A stretch of 52,671 nt of DNA from a virus (Duplodnaviria > Caudoviricetes). The translations under genes were made by a program, and so were the position numbers. Under the pieces are notes generated by a model. It searched no databases. It saw only the letters and a list, made by a program, of their open reading frames with translations, and was not told the origin of the DNA. Location: positions 1 to 52,671 of the IMG/VR virus record IMGVR_UViG_3300015195_000007. The stretch is one strand, 5' to 3'. Shown one piece after another: positions 1-8,202 of the stretch (position 1 is the stretch's first letter; the number at the start of each line of letters is the position of its first letter).

Positions 1-144
1 CTCTCCAGACGACAACGCCCGCAAGATCAAAGATGTTCTGTCCGTGATGATGGCTATGGGTCAGATCACTAGGGACGGCGGGCCAGGTCCGAATCCGACC
101 TACGTTATGCACGGAGACCACTTCGACATTTTGGATCACCAAGA

Positions 145-327
145 TTGATCACCCCTACTACCCCTACTAGAATGTGGCGCATTCATTTGGACTTTCTGAA
201 GAGCGATCCCAAACATGAGGTCTGGGAGCAAACGATTTACTACCGCAGTACAACTGCCACGGAAGCACTAAGAATCATTCAGACACTCTACCCGACCGCC
301 ACGGCAGAAGCTAAAGAGGTGAAATGA
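145..327 (+). CDS. hypothetical protein
   Basis: 60-aa ORF translationally coupled to its neighbours. Confidence 0.5.
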   Translation: MITPTTPTRMWRIHLDFLKSDPKHEVWEQTIYYRSTTATEALRIIQTLYPTATAEAKEVK

Positions 328-453
328 CAATCAATAAAGTTCGACAACGAGCTTGGGTCTTGCATAGGATGAATGGTCATCCTCCGAACTACGACGGTGT
401 TTGCTGGGGACCAACGCTCGATGAGATCGAACAAGCAAAGAGGGAGATAGAGA

Positions 454-603
454 ATGACAGGTCGAATCAAACTGATCGACAAGATGTGTCCGAAGTGCGG
501 AACGACGATGGCTATTCGGACGGATGACAAGAAGCAAAAGCCCTTCTGTGGGACGTGCCTGCTACTATACTCTAACCACTCGACCAAGGAGGCCCCAAAA
601 TGA
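454..603 (+). CDS. small zinc-ribbon protein (CPKC...CGTC)
   Basis: Hand-translated 49 aa, MTGRIKLIDKMCPKCGTTMAIRTDDKKQKPFCGTC...; stop overlaps next ATG (ATGA). Confidence 0.55.
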   Translation: MTGRIKLIDKMCPKCGTTMAIRTDDKKQKPFCGTCLLLYSNHSTKEAPK

Positions 604-770
604 TGTGTCCGAACTGTGCCAGTGAGAAGATGATGAAGACGACCGTGAAGAGCAAGGATCTTGGCGGGAAGCAAATGGCAGTCTGTCCCGACTGCAAGAT
701 GGCCGCTCCGATGCCGAAGGACGGCCACCTACCTCTCAAAGAAGACATGACGCCCATGACCGACAAGTGA
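600..770 (+). CDS. small zinc-ribbon protein (CPNC...CPDC)
   Basis: Hand-translated 56 aa, MMCPNCASEK...VCPDCKM...; AAGGAGG RBS upstream. Confidence 0.6.
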   Translation: MMCPNCASEKMMKTTVKSKDLGGKQMAVCPDCKMAAPMPKDGHLPLKEDMTPMTDK

Positions 771-931
771 CGACGCTACGAGAACTTGAAGCAGACCTGC
801 TGCGGCTGTTCGCACTAGCCAGTCAAGTCTCTCGTGATTGTCGAGAACTCTCTCTGAGAGTCGGTGAGTTGATCGTCGAAGATGAGCGTAAAACTAATCA
901 CCACTTGCTTGAAGATGACCCTGGGGTGTAG
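767..931 (+). CDS. hypothetical protein
   Basis: 54-aa helical ORF with GTG start overlapping the previous stop. Confidence 0.45.
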   Translation: MTTLRELEADLLRLFALASQVSRDCRELSLRVGELIVEDERKTNHHLLEDDPGV

Positions 932-934
932 ACT
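905..934 (+). promoter_or_regulatory. sigma70/HrdB-like promoter TTGCTT-N18-TAGACT
   Basis: Matches the actinobacterial housekeeping consensus (TTGNNN / TANNNT) upstream of ORF 971; same motif recurs at 6509. Confidence 0.55.
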
Positions 935-970
935 GTCTATTAGCATAACAGATAGGAGAGTAAAACACAG

Positions 971-1174
971 ATGCCAGAGTACCTTAGTGCCGTTCCTGCT
1001 TATGGCAGGGATTACAGAAACAAGGCCGCTGTTCTGGCTGCCTGGGAGGCCGGTAACGACTTCCTTGTCCAGGACTTCCGCAAGGAAGGCTACATCAACA
1101 AGGAAGATAAGCCAGCGGGCGTGACTCTCAACGTTCGCTACGACAAGCTGCGGAAGGTCTGCGTGATCAAGTAA
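971..1174 (+). CDS. conserved small phage protein (PAYGRDY motif)
   Basis: AGGAG RBS; lies directly after the putative promoter. Confidence 0.65.
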   Translation: MPEYLSAVPAYGRDYRNKAAVLAAWEAGNDFLVQDFRKEGYINKEDKPAGVTLNVRYDKLRKVCVIK

Positions 1175-2238
1175 TGGCAGCCACTAGAGAAGATAATATG
1201 CGGAAGATTCGTGCTCTGCTAGATAAAGCCGCTAGCACAACCTTCGATGCAGAGCGAGACGCTTTACTCAGTAAAGCGGACGAGATGATGACGAAGTGGG
1301 TGATCGAGAGCTGGGAACTCGAGCTCGCTAAACCAGCCAGCACACGTGAGAAGCCCATTCTGCGAGAGTACGAATACGGGCAGTCCACGGATCGTAACTT
1401 GGACGACCGGCTGCACGAGATCTTCTACGACCTGGCGAAGCATTGTCGGGTCAAGCTCGGGAGTCTGGGGTGGCGGAGGGCGAAGCTGGTGGGTTACGAG
1501 TCGGACATCGACTACCTGGACCTGCTCTTCACCAATATCAGGCTGCACTTTCAGCTTAACCTGATTCCTCACGCCGACCCCAATCTGACTTATCTCGAGA
1601 ACCTTGCCATTTTGAAGGAAGCCGGTTTCAAGTGGCAGCGCATCTACGAGATGCTGGTCCCGGTCTTCCCTGATCACTTTTCTCAGGCCAAGGTCCCGGA
1701 ACATGACCCATACCCCAGCGACATCGTTGTCGGAACCCAACGGTACCGTAAGCTGATCTTTCGACCTATCGGGGTGCGCTTCACCAAGGAGTACACTGAG
1801 TTTTGCAAGTCCGAGGGGCGGGATCGGATCTACAGCAATCCAGAGACGTATCGTCGGAACTTTATGGAGGGTTACGTCTGGAGAATTCGCTCCAGAATTC
1901 GTGACATGGACGAAGCCACAACAGCCGGTCAGGCTCTCGTCCTGCGGGGTCGTGAGGAAGACCTGCTCGAGGAGCTCTACAAGCTCTTCCCCAACCAGCG
2001 GCCCAAGGCACCTCATCCGGCTGACTGCGAGTGTGACGTCTGCCATCACATGCGGTGCCGGGATGCGAAGTGCAAGCGACCATTCTGCGTGCAAATGCGT
2101 AAGCCTGTCAGATACCGGGCGCCTGCTGAGAAGAAGGTTGACTTCTCGGCCTACAGTCGAGGTCGTGATGCTGCTAACAAGGCTGACCTGATCGGCCCTC
2201 GTAACAACCTCCCCGGTCAGAAAGGAATCGGAGGATAA
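1174..2238 (+). CDS. DUF2786-like domain protein with C-terminal Cys/His cluster
   Basis: N-terminal KIRALLDKA...E...A.SKADEMM.K pattern; HPADCECDVCHHMRC...C...C insert. Confidence 0.75.
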   Translation: MAATREDNMRKIRALLDKAASTTFDAERDALLSKADEMMTKWVIESWELELAKPASTREKPILREYEYGQSTDRNLDDRLHEIFYDLAKHCRVKLGSLGWRRAKLVGYESDIDYLDLLFTNIRLHFQLNLIPHADPNLTYLENLAILKEAGFKWQRIYEMLVPVFPDHFSQAKVPEHDPYPSDIVVGTQRYRKLIFRPIGVRFTKEYTEFCKSEGRDRIYSNPETYRRNFMEGYVWRIRSRIRDMDEATTAGQALVLRGREEDLLEELYKLFPNQRPKAPHPADCECDVCHHMRCRDAKCKRPFCVQMRKPVRYRAPAEKKVDFSAYSRGRDAANKADLIGPRNNLPGQKGIGG

Positions 2239-2323
2239 TGAGACGAAAGCGGAGGAAGTTGTGGCGAAAGCCTTTGTGGCGACGAGTTCTTTCTCGCCTT
2301 AGTAGAGTCGGAGGGGGAAAGTA

Positions 2324-2611
2324 ATGAAGACGATCTACAAGTATCTGCTGACCAACCACATTAGGGGCGGCAACAATGGCAAGGTCAGTATGCCTAGAGA
2401 AGCAAAGGTACTGAGCGTGCAGATGGTTCGTGGAGAGGCGGTGATTTACGCCCTGGTCGATCATCGCCTCCCGACAGTCCAGCGCACGTTCCAGGTCTAC
2501 GGTACGGGTCATCCCATGCCTGAGAATCCTGGTCGCTATCTGGGAACGTTTCAGTTCCTTAAGGGAGAGCTGGTGTTTCACGTTTTTGACCCCAGTCAGG
2601 AGAAAGAATGA
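2324..2611 (+). CDS. conserved phage hypothetical protein (KTIYKY...GTGH...HVF family)
   Basis: Recognisable widespread phage motif pattern; RBS GGAGG. Confidence 0.65.
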   Translation: MKTIYKYLLTNHIRGGNNGKVSMPREAKVLSVQMVRGEAVIYALVDHRLPTVQRTFQVYGTGHPMPENPGRYLGTFQFLKGELVFHVFDPSQEKE

Positions 2612-2711
2612 TAGCAAGTGCTTTCGCTGATAACATAGGGATTGCCTTTCTTGGAGTCCTGATCGGCGTAGCAATAGTTCTCCTAGCACAGTACAGAAGA
2701 TAGGAGGAAGA

Positions 2712-2930
2712 ATGAGCATGTTTCCAGGACCAGGAGCGCAGATCTATCGAAACGAAGCGGGGGAAGTGCTTGGCTGGGACTACCCATCTCAACCGGGAGA
2801 AGATTACGATCCGGACAACTATCTCTCGGACGAGCCGGACGATCCGACTTGCGAAGAATGCGGAGAAGAGTTTGACGACAATCCCAACAAGAAGATCTGC
2901 AAAACTTGCGAAGATAGTGACGCCTGCTAA
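2712..2930 (+). CDS. acidic protein with C-terminal CxxC...CxxC zinc ribbon
   Basis: AGGAGG RBS; CEEC/CKTC. Confidence 0.6.
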   Translation: MSMFPGPGAQIYRNEAGEVLGWDYPSQPGEDYDPDNYLSDEPDDPTCEECGEEFDDNPNKKICKTCEDSDAC

Positions 2931-2954
2931 GCTGGCCCTGTTGCACGACTAGGC

Positions 2955-3010
2955 AAGGAGCGAAGGAGCGAAGGAGCGAAGGAGCGAAGGAGCGAAGGAG
3001 CGAAGGAGCG
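2955..3010 (+). repeat. perfect tandem repeat (AAGGAGCG)x7
   Basis: Seven exact 8-bp units ending 2 nt before the ATG at 3013. Confidence 0.95.
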
Positions 3011-3012
3011 AT

Positions 3013-3444
3013 ATGATAATAGGCTTCACAGGAACGAAAAACGGCATGACCCCGCAGCAACGGGCAAGCTTTCTTAATATGCTCGATGTCATAGATGAGT
3101 TTCATCACGGAGACTGCATCGGGGCTGATGAGGAGGCTTCTATCTTAGCGGCTGGAATCAATATCGAAAAAATCGTTACGCATCCCCCAGAGAACCCAAA
3201 GGCCAGGGCGTACTTTCCTCTCCGGAAATACCATTTCGATACTTGTCTGGAACCAAAGCCCTACTTAGTGCGCAACCACGCCATTGTGGACGCCTGCGAA
3301 CTGCTCCTGGCGGCGCCTAGCGGGCGCACAATGGTACTGCGTAGCGGGACATGGGCCACGGTACGGTATGCGATCAAGGTCGGTAAGCCCTACACCATTC
3401 TGTATCCCGACGGAACAGTTAGACACGAATATAAGGAGCCCTGA
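3013..3444 (+). CDS. SLOG-superfamily (YspA/DprA-like) nucleotide-binding protein
   Basis: IGFTGT, HGDCIGAD, RNHAIVD, SGTWATVRYA...GKP motifs. Confidence 0.75.
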   Translation: MIIGFTGTKNGMTPQQRASFLNMLDVIDEFHHGDCIGADEEASILAAGINIEKIVTHPPENPKARAYFPLRKYHFDTCLEPKPYLVRNHAIVDACELLLAAPSGRTMVLRSGTWATVRYAIKVGKPYTILYPDGTVRHEYKEP

Positions 3445-3745
3445 TGTCAGCGCCAGTGTTGATTTACTCTGGGGCAGTTCTGCTAATGCCGTTCGCCGCA
3501 TACTTGGGTGTCAAGATCGGAGAAGGGCTAATGGATTGGTGGGACAGACGATGCGGTCGAGAACCGAGACTCTAACAAGGAGGCAGAGGCATAATGGAAC
3601 TATTAGGTCAGGGTGCCTGGTGTAAACAATGCCAGACCTTTTATACAGATTCAGATCCGGACGACCCGTCTGAGTGCGAGCATGTTCGTCCTGACAGAGT
3701 GGACGCTGATGTCGTTCTTCACGATCCCGCAGAAGAGGACATCTG

Positions 3746-3991
3746 ATGACACGACCACAAGTAGAGCTACCAGATCTTGTGAACGGCAAGCCATACCGGA
3801 TCACCCATCAGTCTCCGACGCAGCGATACCCTCGCTACAGCATTCTTCGTTACCTTGGGCAGAGTATAGAAGATACCTTCTGGGACGCTCGTCCGGCAGC
3901 CGGTACGCAGACCTTCCCCAAAGCTTGGATCAAGGAGATCAACCCTTTAGTCGAAGGGAGGGAGAAGCCGTGTATGAACAAAAGGGCGTGA
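3746..3991 (+). CDS. hypothetical protein
   Basis: 81-aa ORF with GAGG RBS; stop overlaps the start of the methyltransferase. Confidence 0.55.
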   Translation: MTRPQVELPDLVNGKPYRITHQSPTQRYPRYSILRYLGQSIEDTFWDARPAAGTQTFPKAWIKEINPLVEGREKPCMNKRA

Positions 3992-4794
3992 TGGGTGATT
4001 TGAGTAAGGCTCGAGGAGAATACTTGTATCTTCTCCGCAAGTGCCTGACTCGCGGTATTTTCGAGGACGGTAGCTTCGCTGTGTGTCCGCCCGAGGGTGG
4101 CGCTGTGATCAGCAAGGCGCAGCATGACCCGTTCAAGCGAGAGCGTGGTAGAGATTGGCCCCAGCACGCCGAGACAATGATAGGAGAGCGGCGCCTAGCA
4201 GATCTTCAGGACAATCTGCTAACAGTGATGAAGCATGAGATTCCGGGGGACTACGTCGAGTGCGGCATCTGGCGAGGCGGCACCGTTATCTTGGCTGCCA
4301 AGCTGTTCGAACTATACAATCAAGAAGAGAGGATAGCCTGGGGCTTTGACAGTTTCGAAGGACTACCCAAAGGCGGTCGCTATACTCAGGATCTTAAAGA
4401 CAAGCACCACACCTGGAACGACGTGTTCTCCGTAGGAATCGAAGAGGTCAAGAACAACTTTGAGAGATATCACGTTCAGCCTTGGCATTGGGCTCTGGTG
4501 AAGGGTTGGTTCGCTGACACTTGTCCGACCTGGGCGAAGGTACAGGGTGACGAGAGACAGATCTCCGTATTGCGGATTGACGGAGACATGTACGAGGGAA
4601 CTTACGACTCTCTTAGCAACCTGTACGATAAAGTAGCGCCTGGTGGGTTCATCATCGTGGATGACTATGGTGACGTGACGGCGTGCCGAGAAGCTGTTCA
4701 GGACTACTTGCTGTCTATCAAGGCAAAACGCTCAGTAACTCTAGCGATGCACGAGATCGACCACACTGCCGTTAGATGGAGGAAACCCCAATGA
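3991..4794 (+). CDS. TylF/MycF/NovP-family sugar O-methyltransferase
   Basis: TMIG..RL, PGDYVECGIWRGG, FDSFEGLP, VKGWFADT, LRIDGDMYE, GGFIIVDDY motifs; real start probably 3988/3991, not 3613. Confidence 0.9.
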   Translation: MGDLSKARGEYLYLLRKCLTRGIFEDGSFAVCPPEGGAVISKAQHDPFKRERGRDWPQHAETMIGERRLADLQDNLLTVMKHEIPGDYVECGIWRGGTVILAAKLFELYNQEERIAWGFDSFEGLPKGGRYTQDLKDKHHTWNDVFSVGIEEVKNNFERYHVQPWHWALVKGWFADTCPTWAKVQGDERQISVLRIDGDMYEGTYDSLSNLYDKVAPGGFIIVDDYGDVTACREAVQDYLLSIKAKRSVTLAMHEIDHTAVRWRKPQ

Positions 4795-4928
4795 CGATTT
4801 GGGTTCATGAGAAGTGCGGGACCAAGGTTCGCCAGCCAGCAGACCTCGGTCGTAGCTGGTGCCCGACGTGCGAAGACTACGCTATTTCAAAAGAAAGGGA
4901 CGAAGATGACGATAGTGCCGACGCCTGA
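4791..4928 (+). CDS. small zinc-ribbon protein (HEKC...CPTC)
   Basis: Hand-translated 45 aa; ATGA overlap with the methyltransferase stop. Confidence 0.5.
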   Translation: MTIWVHEKCGTKVRQPADLGRSWCPTCEDYAISKERDEDDDSADA

Positions 4929-5160
4929 GAATCAGCCCGAGGGCGTACAGGAGACGACCACAGTCTGGGCGTGTGGTCAAGGGGTATCTGCAGATGGACG
5001 AAAGCTTGTGGCGATTCGAATCGTCACCTCGCTCGGCCCGCTCACATATCTTCTGGCTGCAGAGGCTGCAGAAAACTTCTTCAAGCAAGGACTGGAGATT
5101 GCTCGCATGACGAAGCTGGGCATGATGGTTCCAGGGACAGGACTGCCTAGTGGCAACTGA
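4906..5160 (+). CDS. hypothetical protein
   Basis: ORF track entry 4807..5160; internal ATG at 4906 has an RBS. Confidence 0.5.
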   Translation: MTIVPTPENQPEGVQETTTVWACGQGVSADGRKLVAIRIVTSLGPLTYLLAAEAAENFFKQGLEIARMTKLGMMVPGTGLPSGN

Positions 5161-5377
5161 TGTAGAACAACTGATGACAACATGGGACGAAGCCATCAAG
5201 GCTGAGTTCGGAAAGTTCACTACGATCAAAGTCGCCTCTCTTCCTGAGACTGGCGATCGAATCGTCATTGTCCCAGAAGGCAGTACCAGTCGAGACGACT
5301 GGCATGTCGCTTACGTTTCGCAGAACAGACTTATCCTCGACGATTACTGTCCAGAAGCGTTCGATGGAACTCTCTAA
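5150..5377 (+). CDS. hypothetical protein
   Basis: 75-aa ORF in an overlapping gene chain. Confidence 0.5.
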   Translation: MATDVEQLMTTWDEAIKAEFGKFTTIKVASLPETGDRIVIVPEGSTSRDDWHVAYVSQNRLILDDYCPEAFDGTL

Positions 5378-5630
5378 CCCTCGCTTCAAGGCACGTTACG
5401 TCGTGGTCGATGCGGATACAGAAGTTCCTCTTCGCCCCAGTCACTTCAGCAATCTTGTTGCTGCCTTTGGATGGGGAGACAGAGCGACACAAGACAGAGA
5501 AGACAAGGATTTCAAGGTAATAGATTACATGACCGGAGAAGTAATCAAGAGGAGCGTAGCGATAGATGAGAGCGAGAAAAATGCTATCAAAAGAAGTCAG
5601 GCGATAAATGACCTCAAGACAGGCAGTTGA
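5364..5630 (+). CDS. hypothetical protein
   Basis: Internal ATG start MELSNPRF; gene chain. Confidence 0.45.
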   Translation: MELSNPRFKARYVVVDADTEVPLRPSHFSNLVAAFGWGDRATQDREDKDFKVIDYMTGEVIKRSVAIDESEKNAIKRSQAINDLKTGS

Positions 5631-5751
5631 AAAGGCCGAAGCCTGCATGAGCTTTGCAGAACAGACAGAGGATTTAGACGTGAAGGTCGCAATGTCCAAG
5701 ATGGCGAAGGCGTACTGCGTAATCGCAGAGATACGGAAATGGAATGGCTAG

Positions 5752-5973
5752 ATGCCCACATTCCGGAGATCTACTAACAAGGCTAACGTATCTTACAATA
5801 AGCCGTGGGCCGGAATCGTCCACTGGAAGAATCTTCGGTATTATCTGGGGCAATACTATTCTCCAGAAGAGGCCGAGCTAGGTGAGATCAGGTTCAAGTT
5901 GGGGATGCTGGAGGATCGTCAGAAGGAGCTTATAGAGATCATAGCGAGAAGGAAGATAAAGAAGCATGGCTAG
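5752..5973 (+). CDS. AP2-like DNA-binding domain protein
   Basis: W.G.V......YLGQYYSPEEA pattern of phage AP2 domains. Confidence 0.5.
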   Translation: MPTFRRSTNKANVSYNKPWAGIVHWKNLRYYLGQYYSPEEAELGEIRFKLGMLEDRQKELIEIIARRKIKKHG

Positions 5974-6316
5974 ATGTGAATGCGGGAAGGGTCTGCTCAA
6001 GGCAGATAGAGACAGGGGTAGGTGCCTGCGGTGCGGTAGGCATCTGACTCAGGCCATTCTAGGGGTCAAGATCAACTACAAGGACAAGGCGTTGCTCTGC
6101 AGATCAAAAGCAGACGGCCACACTGATCCCAAACTACATCTGATACGGGCTGGTTCGTGTGGCGGACTACAGCGTGAGCAAGGTCATCGCTTGTGTCAGG
6201 GGGTCTACAAAAGAAAGGACAAAGGGATCGTTATAGTATGCTGTTGCGAATGTCACGGCGGTCCTGGCAATACGCAGGATACTATTCCAAACTTCGCTGA
6301 AGGAAAGAGAAGGTGA
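5966..6316 (+). CDS. Cys-rich hypothetical protein
   Basis: CEC, CLRC, CCCECH clusters. Confidence 0.5.
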   Translation: MARCECGKGLLKADRDRGRCLRCGRHLTQAILGVKINYKDKALLCRSKADGHTDPKLHLIRAGSCGGLQREQGHRLCQGVYKRKDKGIVIVCCCECHGGPGNTQDTIPNFAEGKRR

Positions 6317-6495
6317 AAATGGAATTCATGCTGAAGATGAATCTCACTGAAGGGGTAGTGTTGCGAGATATAGTTCGAGATAAGCTGAAGAGTCTAGACG
6401 ATGAGATCATCAAGACGGACACCAAAGACCCAAACCGACTCGAACTACAGCGGGTATTTGGTGTTCTGGAGTCCTTCAGTCGTAGGCTCAACTAG
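6313..6495 (+). CDS. hypothetical protein
   Basis: 60-aa ORF, GTGA overlap. Confidence 0.45.
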   Translation: MKMEFMLKMNLTEGVVLRDIVRDKLKSLDDEIIKTDTKDPNRLELQRVFGVLESFSRRLN

Positions 6496-6508
6496 GGAGA
6501 CAAATGTC

Positions 6509-6537
6509 TTGCATGAGCTGGACTTGTCTGGTAGACT
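6509..6537 (+). promoter_or_regulatory. promoter TTGCAT-N17-TAGACT
   Basis: Intergenic, 33 nt upstream of ORF 6571; near-identical to the motif at 905-934. Confidence 0.6.
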
Positions 6538-6570
6538 CGTGTCAGCAACCAACCCAGCACAGGAGGATAG

Positions 6571-7287
6571 ATGGCAGCGAGAACAAAAGTGAAGCCAGCG
6601 GAAGAGGTCGAGGCCGAAGCTGATTCTAGCGAGGACGACGAAGAGCTGGCAGCGCAGGTCGTCGAGATGAAGGACGAGCAAGGCCTCAAGTGGGCCGAGA
6701 TCGCCGAGCAGCTCGAGATCGGCCAGGGCAAGGCGACGGTGCTGTACTTCAAGGCAACTCTCGATCCCAAGGACAAGGTGTCCTGGAAGAACGAGGAAGA
6801 TCTCGCCGAGAAGATCGTCGCTCTTCGGGACGAGGACAGCATCAGTTGGGGCATCATCGCCATCCGGGTAGGCGTGCCTGAGACCAAGGTCAGGAAGATG
6901 TACACTGACACCACCGGAGTTGACAATAAGGGACTCCGGATCGGCAAGGGTGGCAGGCACCCCAAGGGAGAAGAGAACGGGAACGGCAGCACAGCTACGA
7001 CCCCTCGAAGCGCCAAGCAGAAAGCTTCTGATGGCGAGGCGTCGGGTGCTGCCGAGACCGTGGCACTTCCCAATCCACGGGAAACGCCCTACAGCGACTG
7101 GACGCTTGCGCAGTTGAAGACTCGCTTCAACGGCAAGAAGGTCACCTACCAGAACTCCGCTGGAAAGATCGAGCGGTGCCAGGTCAAGACGGTGCGCAAG
7201 ATCGTGGATGGCGAGATGACTTTCGCCGACATCGACGACAAGGCCCGCACCATCGTGACCACGAGCATCAAATCTGTCTCCCGGTAG
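6571..7287 (+). CDS. DNA-binding protein with two tandem HTH-like repeats
   Basis: GLKWAEIAEQLEIGQGKA and ISWGIIAIRVGVPETKVRKMY; AGGAGG RBS; strongly GC3-biased codons suggest high expression. Confidence 0.65.
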   Translation: MAARTKVKPAEEVEAEADSSEDDEELAAQVVEMKDEQGLKWAEIAEQLEIGQGKATVLYFKATLDPKDKVSWKNEEDLAEKIVALRDEDSISWGIIAIRVGVPETKVRKMYTDTTGVDNKGLRIGKGGRHPKGEENGNGSTATTPRSAKQKASDGEASGAAETVALPNPRETPYSDWTLAQLKTRFNGKKVTYQNSAGKIERCQVKTVRKIVDGEMTFADIDDKARTIVTTSIKSVSR

Positions 7288-7294
7288 AGGGGTT

Positions 7295-7347
7295 GGGCGG
7301 TACACTAAGCGAGTCCCTACGCTTATACTCGCTTAACGGTACCGCCC
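7295..7347 (+). terminator. long imperfect stem-loop after the HTH gene
   Basis: GGGCGGTAC/GTACCGCCC plus TAAGCGAGT/ACTCGCTTA arms. Confidence 0.6.
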
Positions 7348-7370
7348 TTCCCGTCCACCGGGAGAAAGGG

Positions 7371-7598
7371 ATGCAAAGAAAGAAGTTCCGATATGTAGGT
7401 AATCTTAGACGACACGGTCGCCTAACGATCCACATGGTTCCGGGGTGTGGAGCTAAGATTCGTCACGCTATTCCGGCAGATTCAGAAGATATGCTCAGAG
7501 ATGGAGAGGTAGAAGACTATTCAATCATAGGAGGAAAACTGGTGATCGTAGTGTGTAAGACGTGTCTGGTGATGTTCGACAAGAGACACGATGAGTGA
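7371..7598 (+). CDS. hypothetical protein (H...C...CxxC)
   Basis: ATG at 7371 with RBS. Confidence 0.45.
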   Translation: MQRKKFRYVGNLRRHGRLTIHMVPGCGAKIRHAIPADSEDMLRDGEVEDYSIIGGKLVIVVCKTCLVMFDKRHDE

Positions 7599-8202
7599 GC
7601 CTCGTAGCAGGGACGCTACTTGCTTTCATTGTCAGAAGAAGATAAGGTGGAAAGCTCAGACTCTTAGCCAGCAGCAAAAGGAAGAGAACGCTGTCGTCGA
7701 AGAGTTCAACAAAGGCAAGATGTCCTACGATCGAAAGCCTACTCCGCATCGACCTTACTTCACTCCTCGCTGGACGCATGTCCCAGAGTCTGATGGCGAG
7801 GACAAGGCGTACTGCGAGCTGGAGAATCCAGAAGTAGAGAAGCCTCTTTGGAGAAAACCTAGGGCTCAGCCAAATGAGTTCTGCAATGCTCGGAACTACG
7901 GGGATGGTACTGACTGCAATCTCACCGCTAGGCCAAAGGAAGAGTGGAGTATCTACACAACAGTTCCGAAGTGTGGAAGGCATCTCAAAGAAGATATCGA
8001 GCAGTACACTCAGAAGCAAGCTGCTGAAGAGAAGGTCGAACTTGAGGCTTGGGCCAGACAGCATGTCGAGCAGTTAGGCAAAACACTGAAGGAGACGTAT
8101 GGTGTAAACTGGACGTACGAAAGACGGTTTAGCGAGTACACTGGGAAGATAGTAGTTGATCCAGCGGAGATACTGGAGATACTAGAGAAGAGGAGACAGT
8201 GA
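7591..8202 (+). CDS. hypothetical Cys/His-containing protein
   Basis: 203-aa ORF coupled to the helicase start. Confidence 0.6.
   Translation: MSEPRSRDATCFHCQKKIRWKAQTLSQQQKEENAVVEEFNKGKMSYDRKPTPHRPYFTPRWTHVPESDGEDKAYCELENPEVEKPLWRKPRAQPNEFCNARNYGDGTDCNLTARPKEEWSIYTTVPKCGRHLKEDIEQYTQKQAAEEKVELEAWARQHVEQLGKTLKETYGVNWTYERRFSEYTGKIVVDPAEILEILEKRRQ

Noticed and set aside
2955-3010. CRISPR array
   Set aside because: 8-bp units with no spacers; a simple tandem repeat
3613-3990. 126-aa N-terminal extension of the methyltransferase
   Set aside because: Overlaps a better ORF (3746-3991) with its own RBS; family similarity starts after 3991
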